Below are positions 29,313 through 42,689 of a stretch of DNA of 64,000 nucleotides, piece by piece (position 1 is the first letter of the stretch; each line of letters starts with the position of its first letter). The translations under genes were made by a program, and so were the position numbers. The notes under the pieces are model-generated. The model worked only from the letters and a program-made list of their open reading frames with translations. It did not search any database and was not told where the DNA came from. This stretch comes from Escherichia coli (GTDB taxonomy: Bacteria; Pseudomonadota; Gammaproteobacteria; Enterobacterales; Enterobacteriaceae): assembly GCF_001677475.2 (NCBI RefSeq), contig NZ_CP015229.1. One strand, given 5' to 3'.

Positions 29313-29948
29313 ATGCTGGCTGGTGCTCTGTTTCTCACTGCCTGTAGCCACAACTCTTCACTTCCTCCCTTTACCGCCAGTGGATTTGCTGAAGACCAGG
29401 GCGCGGTACGTATCTGGCGAAAAGACAGCGGCGATAATGTGCATCTGCTTGCCGTGTTTAGCCCGTGGCGCAGTGGCGATACCACGACGCGAGAGTATCG
29501 CTGGCAGGGCGATAACCTCACGCTCATCAATATCAATGTTTACAGCAAACCGCCGGTGAACATTCGTGCGCGTTTTGACGATCGCGGCGATCTGAGCTTT
29601 ATGCAACGTGAATCCGATGGGGAAAAGCAGCAGCTTTCTAACGACCAAATCGATTTATACCGTTATCGTGCTGATCAGATCCGCCAGATTAGCGATGCCT
29701 TACGTCAGGGGAGAGTCGTGCTGCGCCAGGGGCGCTGGCATGCGATGGAACAGACCGTGACCACCTGCGAAGGGCAAACCATTAAACCTGATTTAGATTC
29801 GCAGGCGATAGCGCATATCGAGCGCCGCCAGAGCCGCTCTTCTGTTGATGTCAGCGTGGCATGGCTGGAAGCGCCCGAAGGTTCGCAATTACTGTTAGTG
29901 GCAAACTCTGATTTCTGTCGCTGGCAACCCAACGAGAAAACGTTCTGA
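29313..29948 (+). CDS. yjaH: Predicted lipoprotein, DUF1481 family
   Basis: Start set to ATG after the hupA terminator, giving MLAGALFLTACS lipobox signal; ORF track maximal ORF (GTG 29247, 233 aa) would span the terminator. Confidence 0.7.
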   Translation: MLAGALFLTACSHNSSLPPFTASGFAEDQGAVRIWRKDSGDNVHLLAVFSPWRSGDTTTREYRWQGDNLTLININVYSKPPVNIRARFDDRGDLSFMQRESDGEKQQLSNDQIDLYRYRADQIRQISDALRQGRVVLRQGRWHAMEQTVTTCEGQTIKPDLDSQAIAHIERRQSRSSVDVSVAWLEAPEGSQLLLVANSDFCRWQPNEKTF

Positions 29949-29949
29949 T

Positions 29950-30375
29950 TTACCAGTGGCCCATACCCATATGACCGCCACCACCGCAGCCGCCGTAGCC
30001 CATGCCCATTCCGGCTCCGCGCGGAATACCCGCTTCAGCCATCGCAATATCCCGTTTCACCCGTAACTCATCTAACGACTGACGCAAATTCTCCATCTCT
30101 TTGGCGACCGCGTTAATTTTGCTGCTATCCGGTGGGTTCGCGGCTAACAGGGCATTGTATTCATAACGCTTCGTCACCAGTTGCTGTTGCAGTGCGCTGC
30201 TTTGAGCGTAAAAGTCATTATGGATTTTCTGCCACGCTGTCTGTTGTTCGCTGGTCAAAGGCGCGGCATTTTGCTGCCACATACCGTGTCCGCCGTGAGC
30301 AAATGCAGATGTCGATCCCATCGCCATTGCTGAAAGCGCCATCATTACCAGGGCAATTTTCGTGTTCCGTTTCAT
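29950..30375 (-). CDS. zraP: Zinc-resistance-associated periplasmic protein
   Basis: Start set to ATG giving 141 aa (MKRNTKIALVMMALSAMAMG... signal peptide, Gly/Met/His-rich C-terminus). Confidence 0.9.
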   Translation of the reverse strand: MKRNTKIALVMMALSAMAMGSTSAFAHGGHGMWQQNAAPLTSEQQTAWQKIHNDFYAQSSALQQQLVTKRYEYNALLAANPPDSSKINAVAKEMENLRQSLDELRVKRDIAMAEAGIPRGAGMGMGYGGCGGGGHMGMGHW

Positions 30376-30410
30376 GGTTAATCCTCCAGTGGTTGTCTTA
30401 CTTCGGGTAT

Positions 30411-30426
30411 TGCATCTTCCGTGCCA
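30411..30426 (-). promoter_or_regulatory. Sigma54 promoter of zraP
   Basis: Minus-strand TGGCAC-GGAAGA-TGCA with GG/GC spaced 10 nt, about 35 nt upstream of the zraP start. Confidence 0.65.
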
Positions 30427-30469
30427 ACGATGAAACGCTGATATGACGGGTAATCTGGCATGATAAACG

Positions 30470-30515
30470 AGTAAAAATGACTCGCCTGCTGCGGGTAGCG
30501 AGTCATTTTTACTCA
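30470..30515. promoter_or_regulatory. ZraR enhancer site (inverted repeat) between zraP and zraS
   Basis: Perfect 17-bp inverted repeats GAGTAAAAATGACTCGC ... GCGAGTCATTTTTACTC separated by 12 bp. Confidence 0.7.
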
Positions 30516-30565
30516 TTGAAACTTAAGCCTTTGTGTTACAGCGCAGGGTAAGCGCTGATAAAAGA

Positions 30566-30581
30566 TGGCATGATTTCTGCT
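30566..30581 (+). promoter_or_regulatory. Sigma54 promoter of zraSR
   Basis: TGGCAT-GATTT-CTGC with GG/GC spaced 10 nt, about 30 nt upstream of the zraS ATG. Confidence 0.55.
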
Positions 30582-30612
30582 GTCAGAAAGGGATGAGCAG
30601 GCAAAGAAGAAG

Positions 30613-31989
30613 ATGCGTTTTATGCAACGTTCTAAAGACTCCTTAGCTAAATGGTTAAGCGCGATCCTCCCCGTGGTCATTGTTGGGCTGGTGGGGCTGT
30701 TTGCGGTGACTGTGATTCGCGATTATGGGCGCGAGACTGCCGCCGCCAGACAAACGCTGCTGGAAAAAGGCAGTGTACTTATCCGTGCTCTCGAATCCGG
30801 CTCGCGCGTCGGCATGGGGATGCGCATGCATCATGCGCAGCAGCAGGCATTACTGGAAGAAATGGCCGGGCAGCCTGGTGTACGTTGGTTTGCGGTCACG
30901 GATGAACAAGGAACAATCGTGATGCATAGCAACTCCGGCATGGTGGGAAAACAGCTTTATTCCCCGCAGGAAATGCAGCAGTTACATCCGGGAGATGAAG
31001 AAGCGTGGCGGCGGATCGATAGCGCAGACGGCGAGCCTGTTCTGGAAATTTATCGCCAGTTTCAACCGATGTTTGCTGCTGGAATGCACCGGATGCGCCA
31101 TATGCAGCAGTATGCCGCGACACCACAAGCAATTTTCATCGCTTTCGACGCCAGTAATATTGTGAGTGCCGAAGATCGTGAGCAGAGAAACACCCTGATT
31201 ATCCTTTTCGCCCTGGCGACGGTCTTGCTGGCAAGCGTATTGTCATTCTTCTGGTATCGCCGCTATCTGCGCTCGCGCCAGCTTCTACAAGATGAAATGA
31301 AGCGCAAAGAGAAGCTGGTGGCGCTGGGGCATCTTGCGGCAGGCGTTGCCCACGAAATCCGTAACCCACTTTCCTCGATTAAAGGACTGGCGAAATACTT
31401 TGCCGAGCGCGCGCCTGCAGGGGGAGAAGCGCATCAACTGGCGCAGGTGATGGCGAAAGAGGCCGACCGTTTAAACCGCGTGGTAAGCGAGTTGCTGGAA
31501 CTGGTTAAGCCAACGCATCTGGCTTTGCAGGCGGTGGATCTCAACACGCTGATTAACCACTCATTACAGCTGGTAAGCCAGGATGCAAACAGCCGGGAGA
31601 TCCAGTTACGCTTTACCGCCAACGACACATTACCGGAAATTCAGGCCGATCCGGACAGGCTGACTCAGGTCCTGTTGAATCTCTATCTCAATGCTATTCA
31701 GGCGATTGGTCAGCATGGCGTGATTAGCGTGACGGCCAGCGAAAGCGGCGCGGGCGTGAAAATTAGCGTTACCGACAGCGGTAAGGGAATTGCGGCAGAT
31801 CAGCTTGAAGCCATCTTCACCCCGTACTTCACCACCAAAGCCGAAGGCACCGGACTGGGGCTGGCGGTCGTGCATAATATTGTTGAACAACACGGTGGTA
31901 CAATTCAGGTCGCAAGCCAGGAGGGAAAAGGCGCAACGTTCACCCTCTGGCTTCCGGTCAATATTACGCGTAAGGACCCACAAGGATGA
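30613..31989 (+). CDS. zraS: Sensor histidine kinase of the ZraSR two-component system
   Basis: 458-aa ORF with TM N-terminus, H-box (HEIRNPL) and ATPase G-boxes. Confidence 0.93.
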   Translation: MRFMQRSKDSLAKWLSAILPVVIVGLVGLFAVTVIRDYGRETAAARQTLLEKGSVLIRALESGSRVGMGMRMHHAQQQALLEEMAGQPGVRWFAVTDEQGTIVMHSNSGMVGKQLYSPQEMQQLHPGDEEAWRRIDSADGEPVLEIYRQFQPMFAAGMHRMRHMQQYAATPQAIFIAFDASNIVSAEDREQRNTLIILFALATVLLASVLSFFWYRRYLRSRQLLQDEMKRKEKLVALGHLAAGVAHEIRNPLSSIKGLAKYFAERAPAGGEAHQLAQVMAKEADRLNRVVSELLELVKPTHLALQAVDLNTLINHSLQLVSQDANSREIQLRFTANDTLPEIQADPDRLTQVLLNLYLNAIQAIGQHGVISVTASESGAGVKISVTDSGKGIAADQLEAIFTPYFTTKAEGTGLGLAVVHNIVEQHGGTIQVASQEGKGATFTLWLPVNITRKDPQG

Positions 31990-33311
31990 CGCACGATAAT
32001 ATCGATATTCTGGTGGTGGATGATGACATTAGCCACTGCACTATTTTGCAGGCTTTACTGCGCGGCTGGGGCTATAACGTCGCGCTGGCGAACAGCGGGC
32101 GACAGGCGCTGGAGCAGGTGCGGGAGCGAGTTTTTGATCTTGTGCTTTGCGATGTGCGAATGGCAGAGATGGATGGCATCGCCACGCTGAAAGAGATCAA
32201 AACATTAAACCCCGCGATTCCGGTGCTGATTATGACCGCGTACTCCAGCGTCGAGACGGCGGTAGAGGCGTTGAAAACCGGGGCGCTGGATTATCTCATC
32301 AAGCCGCTGGATTTCGATAACCTGCAGGCGACGCTGGAAAAGGCGCTCGCACATACGCACAGTGTTGACGCTGAAACGCCTGCGGTGTCTGCCAGCCAGT
32401 TCGGTATGGTCGGTAAAAGCCCGGCGATGCAACACCTGCTCAGTGAAATCGCCCTCGTCGCGCCATCGGAAGCCACGGTGCTGATCCACGGCGATTCCGG
32501 CACCGGTAAAGAGTTGGTCGCCAGGGCGATTCACGCCAGTAGCGCACGGAGTGAAAAACCACTGGTAACGCTCAACTGTGCGGCACTCAACGAATCCTTG
32601 CTGGAATCTGAATTGTTCGGTCACGAAAAAGGGGCGTTTACTGGAGCTGATAAACGCCGGGAAGGGCGCTTTGTTGAGGCGGATGGCGGCACGTTGTTTC
32701 TCGATGAAATTGGCGATATCTCGCCGATGATGCAGGTGCGTCTGCTACGTGCGATTCAGGAGCGCGAAGTTCAGCGTGTCGGTAGCAACCAGACTATTTC
32801 GGTTGATGTCCGGCTGATTGCGGCGACTCATCGCGATCTTGCCGCAGAGGTGAATGCCGGGCGTTTTCGCCAGGATCTCTACTATCGCCTGAATGTGGTG
32901 GCGATTGAAGTACCGTCGCTGCGGCAACGGCGGGAAGATATTCCTCTGCTGGCTGGTCATTTTCTTCAGCGCTTTGCCGAACGTAATCGCAAGGCGGTAA
33001 AAGGTTTTACGCCCCAGGCGATGGATCTGCTGATTCATTACGACTGGCCGGGCAATATTCGTGAGCTGGAAAATGCGGTGGAACGGGCAGTGGTGCTGCT
33101 GACCGGGGAATATATTTCCGAACGCGAGCTGCCGCTGGCGATTGCCAGTACGCCGATCCCGCTGGTACAAAGTCAGGATATTCAGCCGCTGGTGGAAGTC
33201 GAAAAAGAAGTGATTCTGGCGGCACTGGAGAAAACGGGCGGCAACAAAACCGAAGCCGCCCGTCAGTTAGGGATCACGCGCAAAACGCTATTGGCAAAAC
33301 TGTCGCGTTAG
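31986..33311 (+). CDS. zraR: Sigma54-dependent response regulator ZraR
   Basis: 441-aa ORF with receiver domain, AAA+ sigma54-activation domain (GAFTGA) and C-terminal HTH. Confidence 0.95.
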   Translation: MTHDNIDILVVDDDISHCTILQALLRGWGYNVALANSGRQALEQVRERVFDLVLCDVRMAEMDGIATLKEIKTLNPAIPVLIMTAYSSVETAVEALKTGALDYLIKPLDFDNLQATLEKALAHTHSVDAETPAVSASQFGMVGKSPAMQHLLSEIALVAPSEATVLIHGDSGTGKELVARAIHASSARSEKPLVTLNCAALNESLLESELFGHEKGAFTGADKRREGRFVEADGGTLFLDEIGDISPMMQVRLLRAIQEREVQRVGSNQTISVDVRLIAATHRDLAAEVNAGRFRQDLYYRLNVVAIEVPSLRQRREDIPLLAGHFLQRFAERNRKAVKGFTPQAMDLLIHYDWPGNIRELENAVERAVVLLTGEYISERELPLAIASTPIPLVQSQDIQPLVEVEKEVILAALEKTGGNKTEAARQLGITRKTLLAKLSR

Positions 33312-34597
33312 TTCTGCTCGCGTTCGATAGCGCGCCAGCCGATATCTTTCCGGCAGAAGCAGTCATCCCAGTGGATATCAGTCATTAAGTCATAGGCGCG
33401 TTTCTGCGCTTCTGCCACGGTATGACCCAGCGCGGTGACGCACAGTACGCGCCCGCCGCTGGTCACCACCTGCTCGTCATCTGCCAGTTTTGTGCCCGCG
33501 TGGAACACTTTGCCGCCTTCGACTTCTTCCAGGGGCAGGCCGTGGATCACATCGCCAGTGCGATAATCGCCCGGATATCCACCCGCAGCCATCACCACGC
33601 CGAGAGAAGCGCGTTCATCCCACTCGGACGTTTTCTCGTCCAGCTTGCCTTCACAGGCCGCCAGGCAAAGCTCAACCAGATCGGACTTCATGCGCAGCAT
33701 AATCGGCTGGGTTTCCGGATCGCCAAAGCGGCAGTTAAATTCAATAACCTTCGGATTGCCCTGTTTGTCGATCATCAGGCCCGCGTAGAGAAAACCAGTG
33801 TAGGTGTTGCCTTCTGCCGCCATGCCTTTCACGGTTGGCCAGATAATTCGTTCCATCGTGCGCTGATGAACCTCATCGGTCACTACTGGCGCAGGGGAGT
33901 AAGCGCCCATCCCGCCGGTGTTCGGCCCGGTATCTTTATCGCCTACGCGTTTGTGATCCTGGCTGGTGGCCATCGGCAGCACATGCTCACCGTCCACCAT
34001 CACGATAAAGCTCGCTTCTTCGCCGTCGAGGAACTCTTCGATAACGATGCGATGCCCCGCGTCGCCAAAAGCGTTGCCCGCCAGCATATCGTGAACAGCC
34101 GCTTCCGCTTCTTCCTGCGTCATCGCCACGATAACGCCTTTCCCGGCAGCCAGACCGTCAGCTTTAATGACGATTGGCGCGCCTTTCTCACGCAGATACG
34201 CCAGCGCAGGTTCTACCTCGGTGAAGTTCTGGTATTCCGCCGTAGGGATCTGATGGCGGGCCAGGAAATCCTTGGTAAACGCTTTCGAGCCTTCCAGCTG
34301 CGCGGCACCTGCGGTTGGGCCGAAGATTTTCAGCCCGGCGGCGCGGAAGGTATCCACCACGCCTTTCACCAGTGGCGCTTCCGGGCCGACGATGGTTAGA
34401 TCGATCTTTTCGTTTTGCGCGAAATCCAGCAGCGCCGGGATATCGGTTACGCCGATAGCGACGTTTTGCAGTGCAGGCTCCAGCGCAGTGCCTGCGTTAC
34501 CCGGAGCAACAAAAACAGTTTCAACCAGCGGCGACTGGGCCGCTTTCCAGGCCAGCGCGTGCTCGCGCCCGCCGTTACCAATCACTAATACTTTCAT
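33308..34597 (-). CDS. purD: Phosphoribosylamine--glycine ligase
   Basis: 429-aa ORF MKVLVIGNGGREHALAWKAAQS... Confidence 0.96.
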   Translation of the reverse strand: MKVLVIGNGGREHALAWKAAQSPLVETVFVAPGNAGTALEPALQNVAIGVTDIPALLDFAQNEKIDLTIVGPEAPLVKGVVDTFRAAGLKIFGPTAGAAQLEGSKAFTKDFLARHQIPTAEYQNFTEVEPALAYLREKGAPIVIKADGLAAGKGVIVAMTQEEAEAAVHDMLAGNAFGDAGHRIVIEEFLDGEEASFIVMVDGEHVLPMATSQDHKRVGDKDTGPNTGGMGAYSPAPVVTDEVHQRTMERIIWPTVKGMAAEGNTYTGFLYAGLMIDKQGNPKVIEFNCRFGDPETQPIMLRMKSDLVELCLAACEGKLDEKTSEWDERASLGVVMAAGGYPGDYRTGDVIHGLPLEEVEGGKVFHAGTKLADDEQVVTSGGRVLCVTALGHTVAEAQKRAYDLMTDIHWDDCFCRKDIGWRAIEREQN

Positions 34598-34608
34598 CTA
34601 TTGCTCCA

Positions 34609-36198
34609 TTAATGGCGGAAGTGGCGCATGTCGGTGAAGAGCATTGCAATACCGTGTTCATCGGCGGCGGCAATCACTTCGTCATCACGGATAGAACCGC
34701 CAGGCTGGATTACGCAGGTCACGCCCGCAGCGGCGGCGGCATCAATACCGTCGCGGAACGGGAAGAACGCGTCAGAAGCCATCGAGGAACCTTTCACTTC
34801 CAGACCTTCATCGGCCGCTTTAATACCGGCGATTTTCGCGGAGTACACGCGGCTCATCTGGCCCGCGCCAATGCCGATGGTCATATTGTTTTTGGCATAG
34901 ACGATGGCGTTGGATTTCACGAACTTCGCCACCTTCCAGCAGAACAGCGCATCACGCAGTTCCTGTTCGCTCGGCTGGCGTTTGGTGACGACGCGCAGTT
35001 CTTCCGCACCGACCATGCCCAGATCGCGATCCTGAACCAGCAGACCGCCGTTCACGCGTTTGAAATCAAGACCCGGAACACGCTCGCCCCACTGACTGCA
35101 GGTCAGGACGCGTACGTTCTGTTTGGTGGCGGTGATTTTCAGGGCTTCTTCGCTGGCGGACGGCGCAATAATCACTTCAACAAACTGACGAGAAATGATG
35201 GCCTGCGCGGTTTCCGCATCCAGCTCGCGGTTAAAGGCGATAATGCCGCCGAATGCGGAGGTCGGGTCGGTTTTGTACGCGCGATCGTAAGCATCAAGAA
35301 TGGAATTGCCGATAGCCACGCCGCAAGGGTTGGCGTGCTTCACAATCACACATGCCGGCTCGGCGAACTCTTTCACGCACTCCAGCGCCGCATCGGTATC
35401 GGCGATGTTGTTATAAGAGAGGGCTTTACCCTGAACCTGGATTGCGGTAGCAACGGAGGCTTCTTTCACATTCTCTTCTATATAGAAGGCAGCCTGCTGG
35501 TGGCTGTTCTCGCCGTAACGCATATCCTGCTTCTTAATGAAGTTCAGGTTCAGCGTGCGTGGGAAGCGACCGGCGGCTTCTTTGCTTTCACCGTGATAGG
35601 CTGGGACCATGCTGCCGAAGTAGTTGGCAATCATGCTGTCGTAGGCGGCGGTATGTTCAAAGGCTTTGATAGCGAGATCGAAACGGGTTGCAAGCAGAAG
35701 CGATCCTTCGTTGGCATCCATCTCTTTAATGATGGCGTCGTAGTCGCTGCTCTTCACCACGATGGCGACATCTTTATGGTTCTTGGCGGCGGAGCGCACC
35801 ATCGTTGGGCCGCCGATATCGATGTTCTCAACCGCATCTTCCAGCGAGCAACCTTCACGGGCAACGGTCTGGGCGAACGGATACAGGTTAACAACCACCA
35901 TATCGATAGGCTGGATCTGATGTTCTTCCATAATGGCATCGTCCTGGCCGCGACGGCCCAGAATGCCACCATGTACTTTCGGATGCAGGGTCTTCACGCG
36001 TCCATCCATCATCTCCGGGAAACCGGTGTAATCGGAAACTTCGGTTACCGGCAGACCTTTTTCTGCTAACAGACGGGCAGTGCCCCCTGTAGACAGCAGC
36101 TCCACACCGCGTGCGGAAAGTGCCTGGGCGAATTCGACGATACCGGCTTTGTCAGAAACACTGAGCAGAGCGCGGCGGACTGGACGACGTTGTTGCAT
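34609..36198 (-). CDS. purH: Bifunctional AICAR transformylase / IMP cyclohydrolase
   Basis: 529-aa ORF. Confidence 0.96.
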   Translation of the reverse strand: MQQRRPVRRALLSVSDKAGIVEFAQALSARGVELLSTGGTARLLAEKGLPVTEVSDYTGFPEMMDGRVKTLHPKVHGGILGRRGQDDAIMEEHQIQPIDMVVVNLYPFAQTVAREGCSLEDAVENIDIGGPTMVRSAAKNHKDVAIVVKSSDYDAIIKEMDANEGSLLLATRFDLAIKAFEHTAAYDSMIANYFGSMVPAYHGESKEAAGRFPRTLNLNFIKKQDMRYGENSHQQAAFYIEENVKEASVATAIQVQGKALSYNNIADTDAALECVKEFAEPACVIVKHANPCGVAIGNSILDAYDRAYKTDPTSAFGGIIAFNRELDAETAQAIISRQFVEVIIAPSASEEALKITATKQNVRVLTCSQWGERVPGLDFKRVNGGLLVQDRDLGMVGAEELRVVTKRQPSEQELRDALFCWKVAKFVKSNAIVYAKNNMTIGIGAGQMSRVYSAKIAGIKAADEGLEVKGSSMASDAFFPFRDGIDAAAAAGVTCVIQPGGSIRDDEVIAAADEHGIAMLFTDMRHFRH

Positions 36199-36304
36199 GG
36201 TAAATCCCCTGGATTTGACTATTACAGAGAGCGTTAGCTGAATTTTTCGCGAAAAACTCAGCTAACGCCCCTAACGGGGCATCCTTATTTTTCGCCCGCA
36301 TTGT

Positions 36305-36321
36305 AACGAAAACGTTTGCGC
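36305..36321. promoter_or_regulatory. PurR operator (PUR box) in the purHD promoter
   Basis: Minus-strand GCGCAAACGTTTTCGTT matches the PUR-box core GCAAACGTTT, about 110 nt upstream of the purH start. Confidence 0.6.
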
Positions 36322-36492
36322 AACGCTCGCGAATTTTTCTCTTTCAATGGTGATCACAATTTTGACAGTGTTTACCGTGGGAAAAATACAGAAATTACAT
36401 TGATGATTGTGGATAACTCTGTGCGTAAAAAGGTATAAAGCGGGGTTTTGCTGGGGAATGCAGCAGTCAGTCATTTTTCTGCAATTTTTCTA

Positions 36493-36520
36493 TTGCGGCC
36501 TGCGGAGAACTCCCTATAAT
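36493..36520 (+). promoter_or_regulatory. rRNA operon promoter P1
   Basis: -35 TTGCGG, 16-bp spacer, -10 TATAAT followed by GC-rich discriminator GCGCC, as in rrn P1 promoters. Confidence 0.7.
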
Positions 36521-36602
36521 GCGCCTCCATCGACACGGCGGATGTGAATCACTTCACACAAGCAGTCGGTTCGGTTGAAGAGAAAAATCCTGAAATTCAG
36601 GG

Positions 36603-36630
36603 TTGACTCTGAAAGAGGAAAGCGTAATAT
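36603..36630 (+). promoter_or_regulatory. rRNA operon promoter P2
   Basis: -35 TTGACT, 16-bp spacer, -10 TAATAT about 110 nt after P1. Confidence 0.65.
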
Positions 36631-36814
36631 ACGCCACCTCGCGACAGTGAGCTGAAAGCCGCGTCGCAACTGCTCTTTAACAATTTATCAGACAATCTGT
36701 GTGGGCACTCGAAGATACGGATTCTTAACGTCGCAAGACGAAAAATGAATACCAAGTCTCAAGAGTGAACACGTAATTCATTACGAAGTTTAATTCTTTG
36801 AGCATCAAACTTTT

Positions 36815-38356
<1,542 letters not shown>

Positions 38357-38441
38357 CCTTAAAGAACTGTGCTTTGCAGTGCTCACACAGATTGTCTGAT
38401 AGAAAGTGAAAAGCAAGGCGTCTTGCGAAGCAGACTGATAC

Positions 38442-38517
38442 GTCCCCTTCGTCTAGAGGCCCAGGACACCGCCCTTTCACGGCGGTAACAGGGGTTCGAA
38501 TCCCCTAGGGGACGCCA
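38442..38517 (+). tRNA. gltV: tRNA-Glu (anticodon UUC) in the 16S-23S spacer
   Basis: 76-nt sequence GUCCCCUUCGUCUAGAGGCCCAGGACACCGCCCUUUCACGGCGGUAACAGGGGUUCGAAUCCCCUAGGGGACGCCA. Confidence 0.96.
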
Positions 38518-38710
38518 CTTGCTGGTTTGTGAGTGAAAGTCACCTGCCTTAATATCTCAAAATTCATCTTCGGGTGATGTTTGAGATATTTGCTCTTTAA
38601 AAATCTGGATCAAGCTGAAAATTGAAACACTGAACAACGAAAGTTGTTCGTGAGTCTCTCAAATTTTCGCAACACGATGATGAATCGAAAGAAACATCTT
38701 CGGGTTGTGA

Positions 38711-41612
<2,902 letters not shown>

Positions 41613-41709
41613 ACAACGCCGAAGCTGTTTTGGCGGATGAGAGAAGATTTTCAGCCTGATACAGATTAAATCGACAGGTCAGAACATGACGTGTTGATAA
41701 AACAGAATT

Positions 41710-41829
41710 TGCCTGGCGGCCGTAGCGCGGTGGTCCCACCTGACCCCATGCCGAACTCAGAAGTGAAACGCCGTAGCGCCGATGGTAGTGTGGGGTCTCC
41801 CCATGCGAGAGTAGGGAACTGCCAGGCAT
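41710..41829 (+). rRNA. rrfE: 5S ribosomal RNA
   Basis: 120-nt sequence identical to the 5S copy at 1244-1363. Confidence 0.97.
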
Positions 41830-41832
41830 CAA

Positions 41833-41876
41833 ATAAAACGAAAGGCTCAGTCGAAAGACTGGGCCTTTCGTTTTAT
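41833..41876 (+). terminator. rrn T1 intrinsic terminator (rrnE copy)
   Basis: Same hairpin and U-tract as at 1367-1410. Confidence 0.88.
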
Positions 41877-41983
41877 CTGTTGTTTGTCGGTGAACGCTCT
41901 CCTGAGTAGGACAAATCCGCCGGGAGCGGATTTGAACGTTGCGAAGCAACGGCCCGGAGGGTGCCAGGCATCAAATTAAGCAG

Positions 41984-42014
41984 AAGGCTCAGTCGGAAGA
42001 CTGGGCCTTTTTGC
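41984..42014 (+). terminator. rrn T2-like terminator (rrnE copy)
   Basis: Hairpin AAGGCUCAGUCGGAAGACUGGGCCUUUUUGC. Confidence 0.7.
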
Positions 42015-42032
42015 ATTGGCGCAGAAAATAAT

Positions 42033-42057
42033 GCCGGATGCGACGCTGGCGCGTCTG
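42033..42057. repeat. Truncated REP-like element
   Basis: GCCGGATGCGACGCTGGCGCGTC matches the 5' half of the REP consensus. Confidence 0.5.
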
Positions 42058-42089
42058 CTCCAGCTTACGCAGGCACGATAGGGGGCAGC

Positions 42090-42533
42090 TTATTCCCCCA
42101 CATATGCCAGATTCAGCAATGGATACGGTTTCCCCAAATCGTCCACCTCAGAGCGTCCCGTAACCTTAAAACCCACCTTCTTATAGAACCCAACCGCCTG
42201 CTCATTTTGCTCATTAACATTGGTTGTCAGTTCCGGGGCCATTGAGAGCGCATGCTCCACCAGCATCCGACCCACGCCGCAGCCGCACACATCAGGATCG
42301 ATAAACAGCGCATCCATATGCTGCCCACTTAACAACATAAACCCAACCGGCTGATCCCGTTCATTAACCGCGACCCACAACGGTGCTTCCGGCAGAAAGG
42401 AACGCACCAGCTCTTCCAGCTCGGCCCGATACTCCGCTGATAAAAAATCGTGGGTGGCATCGACAGATCGACACCAAATCGCAACGAGTTCTTCCCCTTC
42501 CTCATGCCGCGAGCGGCGAATACTAATAACCAT
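42090..42533 (-). CDS. yjaB: GNAT-family N-acetyltransferase
   Basis: 147-aa ORF with acetyl-CoA-binding motif (GCGVGRMLV). Confidence 0.9.
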   Translation of the reverse strand: MVISIRRSRHEEGEELVAIWCRSVDATHDFLSAEYRAELEELVRSFLPEAPLWVAVNERDQPVGFMLLSGQHMDALFIDPDVCGCGVGRMLVEHALSMAPELTTNVNEQNEQAVGFYKKVGFKVTGRSEVDDLGKPYPLLNLAYVGE

Positions 42534-42646
42534 TTTCTCTCCTTTTCGTCATTCTTATATTCTAACGTAGCCTTTTCCTTGAAACTTTCTCACCTTCAAC
42601 ATGCAGGCTCGACATTGGCAAATTTTCTGGTTATCTTCAGCTATCT

Positions 42647-42674
42647 GGATGTCTAAACGTATAAGCGTATGTAG
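42647..42674 (+). promoter_or_regulatory. Possible tandem MetJ boxes upstream of metA
   Basis: Three 8-bp units GGATGTCT-AAACGTAT-AAGCGTAT resembling the AGACGTCT met-box consensus (5-6/8 each). Confidence 0.3.
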
Positions 42675-42689
42675 TGAGGTAATCAGGTT

